Source: Candidatus Altiarchaeota archaeon
GTDB taxonomy: Archaea > Altiarchaeota > Altiarchaeia > IMC4 > QMZM01
Assembly: GCA_016931955.1 (NCBI GenBank)
Contig: JAFGDV010000002.1
Span: 32,001-96,000 of the forward strand
Direction: 5' to 3'
Length of the DNA stretch: 64,000 nt
The position numbers were made by a program, and so were the translations under genes. The notes below the pieces were generated by a model. That model was given only the letters and a program-made list of their open reading frames with translations, searched no databases and was not told the DNA's origin. Shown here one piece after another: positions 48,219-56,907 of the stretch; the stretch's first letter is position 1; each line of letters opens with the position of its first letter.

Positions 48219-49373
48219 ATGGTTGAAGACTGGGAAGAAATCGAACGCGGAACGGGGGCCAAGGCGGCAGCCCGTGTAAAAACTGAGTCAATGAGTACCC
48301 CCACAATCGGTAGAACAAAGAAGACCGGCGTTAGGACTAAGTTGATGCTGGCTTTTATAGCGACTGCAGTTATACCTGTTCTTGTGATGAGCGTATCCCT
48401 GTGGATGATGGCCGGGGATATCAACAATTTCATGACAGACAACGCACAGGAAAAAGTCAACACGTTTTATGGGATAACTGACCAAGTATATCAGAGCGAG
48501 ATGCATAACGTGAAGGAAACTGCAATAGCGGCGGCTTCATTAGACTCTGTCGCTGATCTGGTACAGGGTACCGGTAACAAGGATAGTGTGAGAAAGATCC
48601 TGTTGGGATTACAGAGTGCTGAGGAAGTCGGCTATTTGACGGTGTTAGATGCAAGCGGTAGGGTTGTGCTCAGGTCTAATCCAAACTCTGCCTCAGGTGA
48701 TACAAAATCAGATGCATGGATCAGGACTGCCTTAGCAGGAACTGCGACAGTATCCTCTGAGGTGCTTAATGCAAACACCCTCGCAGAGTATGGACTTGAC
48801 GTGCAATCAAAGTTGTTTTTAATCACAACTGATAACGCCAAACCGACGAGTAGAACAGTGGAGACCTCGAGCTTGTCCATAGTCGCCGCCGCACCCATAA
48901 AGGATAGCACAGGACGTGTTATTGGCGCAGTTGAAGTCGGTGAACCCCTAACAAGGAATTATAAGATAGTGGATAACGCCAAGGACATATATGGTACAAG
49001 CGGCAGTCCAACAGTTACTATCTTCCAGGATGATCTGCGGATTTCAACGAACGTTAAGACAAAAGGCGGTTCAAGGGCAATCGGTACGCGTGTGTCTGTG
49101 CCAGTGTATGAACAGGTTTTAACCAGGGGCCAAGAATATGTGGGACGCGCATTCGTCGTAAACGACTGGTATATGACATTGTATAAGCCAATAAAGAGCG
49201 GAGGCGGCAGTACTGTTGGAATACTCTATGTGGGTCTCCTTGAGAGGGATATTAAGACAGACATTGGAAACTTTATCTCCCAACAGGTTTCTAACCGGAT
49301 ACTTTTCGGTGGAGTGATTGCTTTTATATTAGCTATGCTTTGTATGTGGCTCTACCTGAGAGGGTTGGAATAA
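48219..49373 (+). CDS. second 2-TM Cache-domain sensor without output domain
   Basis: Paralog of 46886-47932; ends YLRGLE*; RBS GGAGGT. Confidence 0.85.
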   Translation: MVEDWEEIERGTGAKAAARVKTESMSTPTIGRTKKTGVRTKLMLAFIATAVIPVLVMSVSLWMMAGDINNFMTDNAQEKVNTFYGITDQVYQSEMHNVKETAIAAASLDSVADLVQGTGNKDSVRKILLGLQSAEEVGYLTVLDASGRVVLRSNPNSASGDTKSDAWIRTALAGTATVSSEVLNANTLAEYGLDVQSKLFLITTDNAKPTSRTVETSSLSIVAAAPIKDSTGRVIGAVEVGEPLTRNYKIVDNAKDIYGTSGSPTVTIFQDDLRISTNVKTKGGSRAIGTRVSVPVYEQVLTRGQEYVGRAFVVNDWYMTLYKPIKSGGGSTVGILYVGLLERDIKTDIGNFISQQVSNRILFGGVIAFILAMLCMWLYLRGLE

Positions 49374-49384
49374 ACCTAGTACCC

Positions 49385-49412
49385 CTCTTTCTTCTTTATT
49401 TTTTTCCTTTTT
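49385..49412 (+). terminator. T-rich archaeal terminator-like tract
   Basis: ctctttcttctttatttttttccttttt immediately after the stop. Confidence 0.45.
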
Positions 49413-49542
49413 CCTCTTATCAAAGCCGATCTGCCAGACTACTTTCCATATTTTGTTACAGCTTAAGCCCTCAACATACCTGTTCACGTTTGAAATCAGG
49501 CGCATGGACAATAGTGGGATAGCACAGTTCAAAAAACAAAGG

Positions 49543-49554
49543 GATATATATAAT
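49543..49554 (+). promoter_or_regulatory. TATA-box-like element upstream of the hydrogenase module
   Basis: atatatataatg preceded by aaaaaacaaaggg. Confidence 0.45.
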
Positions 49555-49589
49555 GATGCAGAATACTTAACTGAGGTAAAACATCGGAA

Positions 49590-50060
49590 GTGTCGATAAT
49601 GAGGGAAATAATAGGTATTGGAAACGACTTATTCGGCGACGACGGTTTCGGTCCAATGGTGGTGGGCTACATAAAAGCCAACTACATGCTGGCTCCAGAT
49701 GTTGAAGTAATCGATGCAGGGTCTTCTCCCGACTTTCTATTGAACGAACTCCTGGAGACCGAAACCAAGAGGATTATCATAATAGACGTCTTCGATAACG
49801 GAGGGGTTCCTGGTGAGATATCGATACTCTCCTCAGAGGATCTGCCGGATGTTTTCCCTCAACGGCTCACACATAATATGCCAATAGCGGAGATAATAAG
49901 AGAGCTATCTAACAGCAGAGACATGGACATCAAGGTGATCGCGTGCCAACCAGAGAAAATAACCGTCCCGGACGTGTGCGTCGGCCTATCTAAGCCCCTC
50001 GTCGACGCCGTACCCAAGGCTGCTGATCTAGCCGTCAGGTTAATCAATCAGGATAATTAG
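49590..50060 (+). CDS. hydrogenase maturation protease (FrhD-like)
   Basis: GIGNDLFGDDGFG, VIDAG, IIIID, LTHN. Confidence 0.88.
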   Translation: MSIMREIIGIGNDLFGDDGFGPMVVGYIKANYMLAPDVEVIDAGSSPDFLLNELLETETKRIIIIDVFDNGGVPGEISILSSEDLPDVFPQRLTHNMPIAEIIRELSNSRDMDIKVIACQPEKITVPDVCVGLSKPLVDAVPKAADLAVRLINQDN

Positions 50061-50076
50061 CAGGTGATCTAAAAAA

Positions 50077-50328
50077 ATGGTTCAAATAGAAGTAGACGAA
50101 AGCCTCTGTAAGGGGTGTGGGATGTGTGCTGACGTATGCCCTACAGGGGTTCTGGAGAAACAGGAAAACTTCGAGCCAACCAAGGTGGTGAACCCGGATG
50201 ACTGTATTCAGTGCCTCTCCTGTCTGGAGATATGTCCAGCTTATGCTGTGATACACAAGGAGTTGATTCCTGTGAGGAGGCTGCAGATAGAGACCTCAAC
50301 ACTGGACATGATTAAAAAAATACTTTAG
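50077..50328 (+). CDS. 2x[4Fe-4S] ferredoxin
   Basis: CKGCGMCADVCP and CIQCLSCLEICP. Confidence 0.92.
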   Translation: MVQIEVDESLCKGCGMCADVCPTGVLEKQENFEPTKVVNPDDCIQCLSCLEICPAYAVIHKELIPVRRLQIETSTLDMIKKIL

Positions 50329-50337
50329 GTGTTTAGG

Positions 50338-50877
50338 ATGGTAATCAAAAGAGAAACGTACACCGATTACGAGATAGAGTTCGCGATGAGGGAGAAGGAA
50401 GACTTCGAGAAATCGATGCAGGCCCTGATGGACATTGTCGGCGCAACAGTAAGCACTCTCGAATCGGTGGCTGGGATGGGTGCCAGAGCCATGAGCTACA
50501 TGGCGGGCAAGAACATCGGCAAGAGGATAGGTAGAATGATCGGCAGAAAACCCGACGTTGAAACCGCGATAGATGCCCTCACAGACCTGATGGGCGACGC
50601 GTGGAAGATCGAAATATGGAAGCCTGCAACCGAAAAGGAATTGGTGAAGAAGACTGACAAAGGCTTCCAGTGCAAGCTTCTCTTCAGGGACTGCATAGTA
50701 AGGCAGACCCTTGAGAGGGAGGCGATACCGCAGAAGGGGACCATGTGCTACCTCACCAATGGATACGTGTGCGGAGCCTTGGAGGTGATGCTTGGAATGC
50801 GCGGCAAACTTGATTTCCTCCACAGCGGAAACAACGCTTGCCTGAAGGATCTGAATTTAACTAGGGAGGGCGTGTAA
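50338..50877 (+). CDS. V4R domain protein
   Basis: AGKNIG helix, DCIVR...MCYLTNGYVCGALE...NAC. Confidence 0.75.
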   Translation: MVIKRETYTDYEIEFAMREKEDFEKSMQALMDIVGATVSTLESVAGMGARAMSYMAGKNIGKRIGRMIGRKPDVETAIDALTDLMGDAWKIEIWKPATEKELVKKTDKGFQCKLLFRDCIVRQTLEREAIPQKGTMCYLTNGYVCGALEVMLGMRGKLDFLHSGNNACLKDLNLTREGV

Positions 50878-50878
50878 A

Positions 50879-51859
50879 ATGGCTAAGACAACACTGGCCT
50901 ATGTCGCGGGAGCGATATGCGGCGGATGCGCCACCACCATGCTCGATGTTCACGAGGAGCTTCCAGACCTCTTAGAAAAAATCGATATCGTTTATAATAC
51001 GTTGTTAATGGATGTAAAAAAGATCCCCGAATGCGACATCGGCGTGTGGGGCGGGACCGTAAGGACCGATGAACACAGAGAGCAGCTGATTGAGCTGAGG
51101 GGGAAGTGCAAGACACTTATCGCCTTCGGGACATGTGCCGTATATGGCGGCATCCCCGGGCTGAGCTTCTACTGGCCCATATCCGAGTTACTTAAAAAAG
51201 TCTACACCGGTACTAAGGGCATCACCAACGGAACCCCACCCAAGCAGGATGTCCCCAACCTGATGAGGGAGCTGTATCCAGCCGACCAGGTTGTTGAGGT
51301 AGACTACTACATGCCAGGTTGCCCTTGTCCGCCAGACTGGTTCATGAAAGCTGTTGAAGCACTCCTCGAAGGCAAGGTGTCTGAGCTCAGGCATAAAACA
51401 GTCTGCTCCGAGTGTCCGAGAAGGATGACTCGTCCAGTGAATTTCCCGATAAAGAGGAAGATTGGGAAATTCGACGACACCGTCGTTAAAACAGAGAAGG
51501 ACGGAACTGTAAGGCACAGATGCTTCCTGTCTCAGGGGATACTCTGCCTTGGCTCTGTGACAATCAATAGATGCGGGGCCTCCTGTCAACTGCATAATAT
51601 GCCCTGCTCCGGATGCTCTGGCCCGTCCCTCGAGGTTTTGAGGGAACAGGGAAGGGACCCACTGCTCATGATTGCGAAGAGGATGGCCATCCTCTCCGGG
51701 CAGGACCCTGAAGCCATCATCAGCGGGCAAATACCACAGGATATCATAGACCAGTTCTACGACATAAAACACCAGTTTTACGGGTATATCTCAACCCATC
51801 CCGCATTGTGGAAGAAAGCAGCTTCAAAGATACCCGACCTAGTGGAGGTTGAAAAATGA
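50879..51859 (+). CDS. group 3 [NiFe] hydrogenase small subunit (MvhG-like)
   Basis: CGGC, GTCA, GCPCPP, CSEC, CFLSQGILCLG, CGASC, CSGCSGP. Confidence 0.9.
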   Translation: MAKTTLAYVAGAICGGCATTMLDVHEELPDLLEKIDIVYNTLLMDVKKIPECDIGVWGGTVRTDEHREQLIELRGKCKTLIAFGTCAVYGGIPGLSFYWPISELLKKVYTGTKGITNGTPPKQDVPNLMRELYPADQVVEVDYYMPGCPCPPDWFMKAVEALLEGKVSELRHKTVCSECPRRMTRPVNFPIKRKIGKFDDTVVKTEKDGTVRHRCFLSQGILCLGSVTINRCGASCQLHNMPCSGCSGPSLEVLREQGRDPLLMIAKRMAILSGQDPEAIISGQIPQDIIDQFYDIKHQFYGYISTHPALWKKAASKIPDLVEVEK

Positions 51860-53292
51860 GCGAGATAATAATAGACCCCATGACGAGGTTGGAGGGTCAC
51901 GGAAAGGTTACCATCGAACTAGACGACGGAGGCAAGGTGAAGGATGCAAGGTTCTCGATAGTCTACCTGAGAGGCTTTGAGAAGTTCCTTGAAGGCTGCG
52001 CCCTGGAGGATCTTCCAAAGTTCACCCCAAGGATATGCGGCGTCTGCCCGGTCGCACATCACATGGCGAGTGCCAAGGCATGTGACGCAGTCCTAAAAGC
52101 CAAGCTGACGGAGACCGGAGAAAAGATCAGACGCCTATGGTACGCAGTCAACGGCGTGCACGACAAGATGTTGATATTAGCGGGCACAGGCGCTCCAGAT
52201 CTGTTGCTGCCGGATGCAAACCAGAAGACGAGGAACGTGATAACCTTGATAACGAAGAACCCTGAGCTCGGTAAGAAGATCCTCGAACTAAGGAAGTTCG
52301 GCCAAGAGAGTAATAGAGTAATATCAGGAAAAGCCATCCACCCATTTACTGCAGTACCTGGCGGCGTCTCCTTCAAGGTGACAGAGGACCAAGTCAAACA
52401 GATCAAAAAGCTGGGGAAGAACGCACTACATATTGCAACAGAGGTGGTAGAGCTGATAAAGGATAAAACCTATGAACTTGTAGAAAAAAAAGGCGACCTC
52501 TTGGAGAAATTAGGTAATGTCGAGACGAACTACTTGGGTTTGAGGGCTTCGGATGGGACAAGCGACCACTATGATGGCGATGTTGCTTTCATGGATTCAA
52601 AGGGGAAGATCACGGAATTCCATCCATCGGATTACCTGAATTATCTGGCTGAGAACACCTCTGATTACTCCTTCGGCAAGTATCCCTACTGGAAGGCCTT
52701 AGGTTTCCCTGAGGGGATCATAAGGGTCGGTCCACTAGCGAGGTTGAATGTTGCTGAGAAACTGAGCACACCTAAGGCGCAGGAGTACTTTGAAGACTTC
52801 AGGAAATCCTTCGGCAGACCAGCGCATGTGACCATGCTATACCACTACGCCCGCGCTATCGAGTTGTTGAATTGTGCGGAGATGGCAATGGACCTCTTAG
52901 ATGATCCCGCAATTCTAGGTGACGACACCATAGGCAGCATGGGTCCGCTTGGAGCAGGTCAAGGCGTTGGCATAGTGGAAGCCCCAAGAGGGACTTTAAT
53001 ACACCACTATGAGACAGACGAAAAGGGTCTTGTAAAGGACATCAACCTGATTGTTGCCACGACATTCAACAATGCACCAATAGACAGGGATATCAAGGCT
53101 GCATCTCAGAAGCTGATAACCAGCAAGTCGCCTAATGAGAAGATACTGAACACTATAGAGATGGTTGCAAGGGCATATGATCCCTGCCTCTCATGTGCTG
53201 CACACAGCGTTGACGGCGGCTATCCCCTGAAGATAGAGATATATGACTCGGAGGGTAATAGGGTGGGGGAGATAAGCAATACACGGAGGTGA
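51856..53292 (+). CDS. group 3 [NiFe] hydrogenase large subunit (intact)
   Basis: TRLEGH, L1 RICGVCPVAH, EAPRG, L2 DPCLSCAAH plus C-terminal extension. Confidence 0.95.
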   Translation: MSEIIIDPMTRLEGHGKVTIELDDGGKVKDARFSIVYLRGFEKFLEGCALEDLPKFTPRICGVCPVAHHMASAKACDAVLKAKLTETGEKIRRLWYAVNGVHDKMLILAGTGAPDLLLPDANQKTRNVITLITKNPELGKKILELRKFGQESNRVISGKAIHPFTAVPGGVSFKVTEDQVKQIKKLGKNALHIATEVVELIKDKTYELVEKKGDLLEKLGNVETNYLGLRASDGTSDHYDGDVAFMDSKGKITEFHPSDYLNYLAENTSDYSFGKYPYWKALGFPEGIIRVGPLARLNVAEKLSTPKAQEYFEDFRKSFGRPAHVTMLYHYARAIELLNCAEMAMDLLDDPAILGDDTIGSMGPLGAGQGVGIVEAPRGTLIHHYETDEKGLVKDINLIVATTFNNAPIDRDIKAASQKLITSKSPNEKILNTIEMVARAYDPCLSCAAHSVDGGYPLKIEIYDSEGNRVGEISNTRR

Positions 53293-53325
53293 TCCCTCAT
53301 TTTTACTTTAATTGCGTGATCTAAA

Positions 53326-53535
53326 ATGGTGAAGATTAAAATCAAAAACGTGCAAACAAGGCAGGTTGATGTATTCGACGTCGAGGAACGTGACACGATG
53401 AAGGATGTCCTGCAGGCGATGGGCTTCAAGGTGGATGACTTTTTCATAACCGACGACCAGACAGGCCGCTTCTTCGACCCACGCATTAAATTCGGCGACA
53501 CCGACAAGCGCTCCTTCGGTATCCTGAAGAAATAA
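53326..53535 (+). CDS. small beta-grasp/ubiquitin-like protein (no C-terminal GG)
   Basis: KIKIKNVQTRQVDVFDVEERDTMKDVLQAM resembles ubiquitin beta1-beta2-alpha1; T-tract follows. Confidence 0.5.
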   Translation: MVKIKIKNVQTRQVDVFDVEERDTMKDVLQAMGFKVDDFFITDDQTGRFFDPRIKFGDTDKRSFGILKK

Positions 53536-53554
53536 AACCCCTTACTTCTTTTTT

Positions 53555-54058
53555 TTAATCTAATCTGAAGCCTCCGTGTTTCCTGAAGTGCGCAGCTAAT
53601 CCTCCGTCTCCAAGAATCCTCAGCATGAAATCAGGCATCGGCTTAACATTCAGTTTTTTATCTATTGTCTTGTCTTCGATAACGCCTACTTCCAGGTCCA
53701 CCTCAAGCAGGTCTCCTCCCCCTATTTCATCTGCCCCATTACATTCTATCGCTGGTAGCCCAATGTTTATCGAATTCCTGTAGAATATTCTGGCGAAGGA
53801 TTCCGCAATCACTGCCGATATCCCCGCATACTTTATCGCTAACGGTGCTTGTTCTCTCGAGCTGCCGCAGCCGAAGTTTCTCCCAGCCACGATGAAATCA
53901 CCTCCCCCTATCTTCTTGTAGAATTCAGGATCCAGGTCTTCTAACACATGCTTAGCCAATTCTTTATCATCGAGAGTCTTGAACTTGTATCTTCCAGAGA
54001 TTATCAAATCCGTGTTGACGTCGTCTCCCACCTTATGGGCTCTTCCCTTGAACCTCAT
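53555..54058 (-). CDS. leuD: 3-isopropylmalate dehydratase small subunit family
   Basis: [34 protein letters not shown]. Confidence 0.9.
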   Translation of the reverse strand: MRFKGRAHKVGDDVNTDLIISGRYKFKTLDDKELAKHVLEDLDPEFYKKIGGGDFIVAGRNFGCGSSREQAPLAIKYAGISAVIAESFARIFYRNSINIGLPAIECNGADEIGGGDLLEVDLEVGVIEDKTIDKKLNVKPMPDFMLRILGDGGLAAHFRKHGGFRLD

Positions 54059-54155
54059 GTTAATGATTAGAACCAGGGGTATAAATCAAACGCCGATGAG
54101 AATTCATTCCTTGTAACTTTTTCTATATAAAAAAACAATATCCTAACAAGAAAGA

Positions 54156-54476
54156 ATGGCAGACGATAAATCCATGCTTGTCAGGATAATGGGTGACCAC
54201 CCAAGCATCAGGATCCTGGACTTCCTGATAGACAACAAGAACTTCGACTACTCCAAAACGGACGCCTGTGAGGGGGCTAACGTGAGCCCAGGCTCTTTAT
54301 ACAAGATCTGGCACAATCTGGAGGAATCAGAGATCGTCGTAAAGACGAGACAGTATGGTGCGACAAAACTTTACAGGCTGAACAAGGAAAACCCATTAGT
54401 CAAAAAGTTGCTGGAATTGGATCTAGAATTATGTAGACAGTATGCGCAATTCGAAGCCGCTTCTACGCCGGCATAA
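54156..54476 (+). CDS. winged-HTH protein
   Basis: RILDFL..YSKTD..ANVS..LYK..L....IV..TRQYG..KLYRLN. Confidence 0.75.
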   Translation: MADDKSMLVRIMGDHPSIRILDFLIDNKNFDYSKTDACEGANVSPGSLYKIWHNLEESEIVVKTRQYGATKLYRLNKENPLVKKLLELDLELCRQYAQFEAASTPA

Positions 54477-54872
54477 TCAAGCATTCCTTAGCTTCTCTGC
54501 TTCTTTGTTGAGGTCTACTTCCGTCTTAGGGTAGTTGCTCTGCGGGAATCCACTGATACCATCTCCTTCCTTTGAAGGGAACAACGCTATGTGTAAATGA
54601 TGTATTCTCCCGCCTCGGATGAACATGCACACGTAATCGGGCTTATAGGTTTTCTTTATCTTCTTAGCGACCTTCTTCGCCGCAGTGAATAATCTTCCTA
54701 AATCCCCATCATCCATCTCATAGAATCTCTCCACGTGTTTCTTCGGCACCAACAGGCAGTGCCCTGGAGCACAGGGCTGAATATCCAGTACGCCTACACA
54801 GAAGTCGTCCTCGTAGACCCTCCAAGACCCTATCTCTCCCCTAACCAGCTTACACAGTATGCAGTCTCCCAT
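54477..54872 (-). CDS. HIT family protein
   Basis: CILC, LDIQP..PGHCLLVPKKH, HHLHIAL. Confidence 0.88.
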   Translation of the reverse strand: MGDCILCKLVRGEIGSWRVYEDDFCVGVLDIQPCAPGHCLLVPKKHVERFYEMDDGDLGRLFTAAKKVAKKIKKTYKPDYVCMFIRGGRIHHLHIALFPSKEGDGISGFPQSNYPKTEVDLNKEAEKLRNA

Positions 54873-54946
54873 ATTCCCATCATGGATTATTAGATCGCCT
54901 GAACTATTAAGTAAAGTATTTATATCCTCAAGGAGAAGAAGATAAT

Positions 54947-56533
54947 ATGTTCTCCAAGTTATTCAATTGGTTGGTTAAGCGGATGCCGTACACTTCCGCC
55001 CTTGTCTTGATCTGTTTTACCTGGGCTATCCTGGTCACCGTCTTCGGAGCCTTACTGGTCATCATCGGCGCCAGGGAAAATTTTGAGGTTACTGGAACCA
55101 GAGACCTATATTTGATGCTCTATTTCGGTGGTGTTTCAATGGCTTCCACCCTCATCCTGATAGAATACAGCATCCTCCGCGTTTTCGGGATCAGGTTTGA
55201 GAGGAAAGAGTTCACTCCACTAAACGACAACATCGTGGACGGTCACTTCAGAGAGAATATCTCAGATGATGACCTTGTGAAGGCCTACTATGCTCTCGTC
55301 AACCTAACCAAGTGGAAGGAGACACGGGATGTCGTCTATGCTCAGATAGTCGTCTTCGGCGCCGCCTTCGGGGAGTGGCTTATCAGCGGACAGTTGATGA
55401 ACGTGCCCATCATCTTTGTAGGCAGCGAAATCGCGGTTTTTTCGCTTTACGTGTATGCTGCCGTCTTCCATGACACCATAACCTCTCCAGCTAGGAGGGA
55501 ATGCAAGCTTCTCATGGCTGAACGAGGAATACCATTCAAAGAAACCCCCATGTTGAGTCTGAGGACTAAGTCAAGGTTCTTCATTGCCTTGATTGGCTTG
55601 GCTCTTCTAGCGATCCTTATCCTGATAAAGCCCTTTAATCCGTTGATTGTGGTCCTCGCCTTGATAACCCTCGCCATAGTCAGCATGTTAAACGACTTCG
55701 TATCTAAGTCTATTCAAACAGAATTTGAGGAGATTAAGGAGTCAGCCCATAGCTTGGCGGAAGGCAAAAAGGCGCTGTTTTTCTCAGGCAGCTCTGACAG
55801 GGAGATGTTTGATCTAACGCAGAGTTTGAATAAAACCGCCGGAGAGATAACAGATTACCAGAGATCCCTTAAAGAAAAGATAAATGAATTGGAGGAGTAT
55901 ATGTCTGTGGCTTCACACGACCTCCAGCAGCCCCTGGCGACGATTCAGGCTTATACGCAGATTCTTAAGGTGGTTGAACAGGATGATGAGAAACTGAAGA
56001 AAGTCAAGGTCGTTGAATCCCAGGCAGACTTCATGAGGGAGATGCTCAATGATCTACTGGAGTACTCCCGCGCCAAAAAGACTATGGAATACGAAGAAGT
56101 GAAGCTCCATAAAGTCCTTGAGGAAATCAGAGAACACCTGAAAGTGCAGATACAAGAAAAAGAAGCTAAGATAATATTCAAAGACATTCCTGAAACAATA
56201 ATAGGACAACCTAAGAGAATAGAGCAACTATTCCTGAACCTAATAGGCAATGCAATAAAGTACTCAGACAAACCGATAATAGAAGCAGGCTGCACCGACC
56301 GAGAACAGGAATACGAATTCTACGTAAAAGACAACGGAAGAGGAATAGAACAAAAATACCACGAAAAAATATTCAAACCATTCTGGAAGCTCGGCAAAGA
56401 ACCAGGAACCGGAATGGGTCTCGCAATATGCAAAACCGTGGTCGAAAACCACGGAGGAAAAATCTGGATAGAATCCACCCCAGGAAAAGGCTCAACATTC
56501 AAATTCACAATACCAAAAAAACAGGGGGGATGA
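54947..56533 (+). CDS. membrane sensor histidine kinase HK1
   Basis: About 6 TM, HAMP-like region, SHDLQQPL, NLIGNAIKY, DNGRGI, GTGMGL. Confidence 0.93.
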   Translation: MFSKLFNWLVKRMPYTSALVLICFTWAILVTVFGALLVIIGARENFEVTGTRDLYLMLYFGGVSMASTLILIEYSILRVFGIRFERKEFTPLNDNIVDGHFRENISDDDLVKAYYALVNLTKWKETRDVVYAQIVVFGAAFGEWLISGQLMNVPIIFVGSEIAVFSLYVYAAVFHDTITSPARRECKLLMAERGIPFKETPMLSLRTKSRFFIALIGLALLAILILIKPFNPLIVVLALITLAIVSMLNDFVSKSIQTEFEEIKESAHSLAEGKKALFFSGSSDREMFDLTQSLNKTAGEITDYQRSLKEKINELEEYMSVASHDLQQPLATIQAYTQILKVVEQDDEKLKKVKVVESQADFMREMLNDLLEYSRAKKTMEYEEVKLHKVLEEIREHLKVQIQEKEAKIIFKDIPETIIGQPKRIEQLFLNLIGNAIKYSDKPIIEAGCTDREQEYEFYVKDNGRGIEQKYHEKIFKPFWKLGKEPGTGMGLAICKTVVENHGGKIWIESTPGKGSTFKFTIPKKQGG

Positions 56534-56534
56534 G

Positions 56535-56900
56535 ATGGTTAAGGTTCTCGTAGTTGACGACTATGCTCCGCTTAGAGAGATTGCAGTCATGATCCTGAAG
56601 TCTAAGGGTTTCGATGAAGTGTTTGAAGCGGAGAGCCCGGAGGAGGGGATGAGGTTATTCGAGGAACATAAGCCAGAGCTTGTCATATTAGATATAATAA
56701 TGCCTGTCACCAATGGAATAGACTTGGCTGCGGAGATCAAGAAAGTTAATCCAGAAACTAAGGTGGTCATGCTCAGTGTCTTGGGCGAGAACACTCATGG
56801 AAAGAAACGAGTAGAGGAGGTGGCTGATCTTTACTTGGTGAAACCTTTAACCCATGAAAAAGTCGATAAAATCAAGGAGATACTAGACTCAGGGCCTTGA
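56535..56900 (+). CDS. single-domain response regulator
   Basis: VVDD, ILDIIMP, MLS, KP. Confidence 0.92.
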   Translation: MVKVLVVDDYAPLREIAVMILKSKGFDEVFEAESPEEGMRLFEEHKPELVILDIIMPVTNGIDLAAEIKKVNPETKVVMLSVLGENTHGKKRVEEVADLYLVKPLTHEKVDKIKEILDSGP

Positions 56901-56907
56901 TAAAAAA

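Noticed and set aside
45761-53554. Mobile element call for the sensor/hydrogenase module
   Set aside because: No integrase, transposase, tRNA or terminal repeats seen; kept only as a synteny hypothesis
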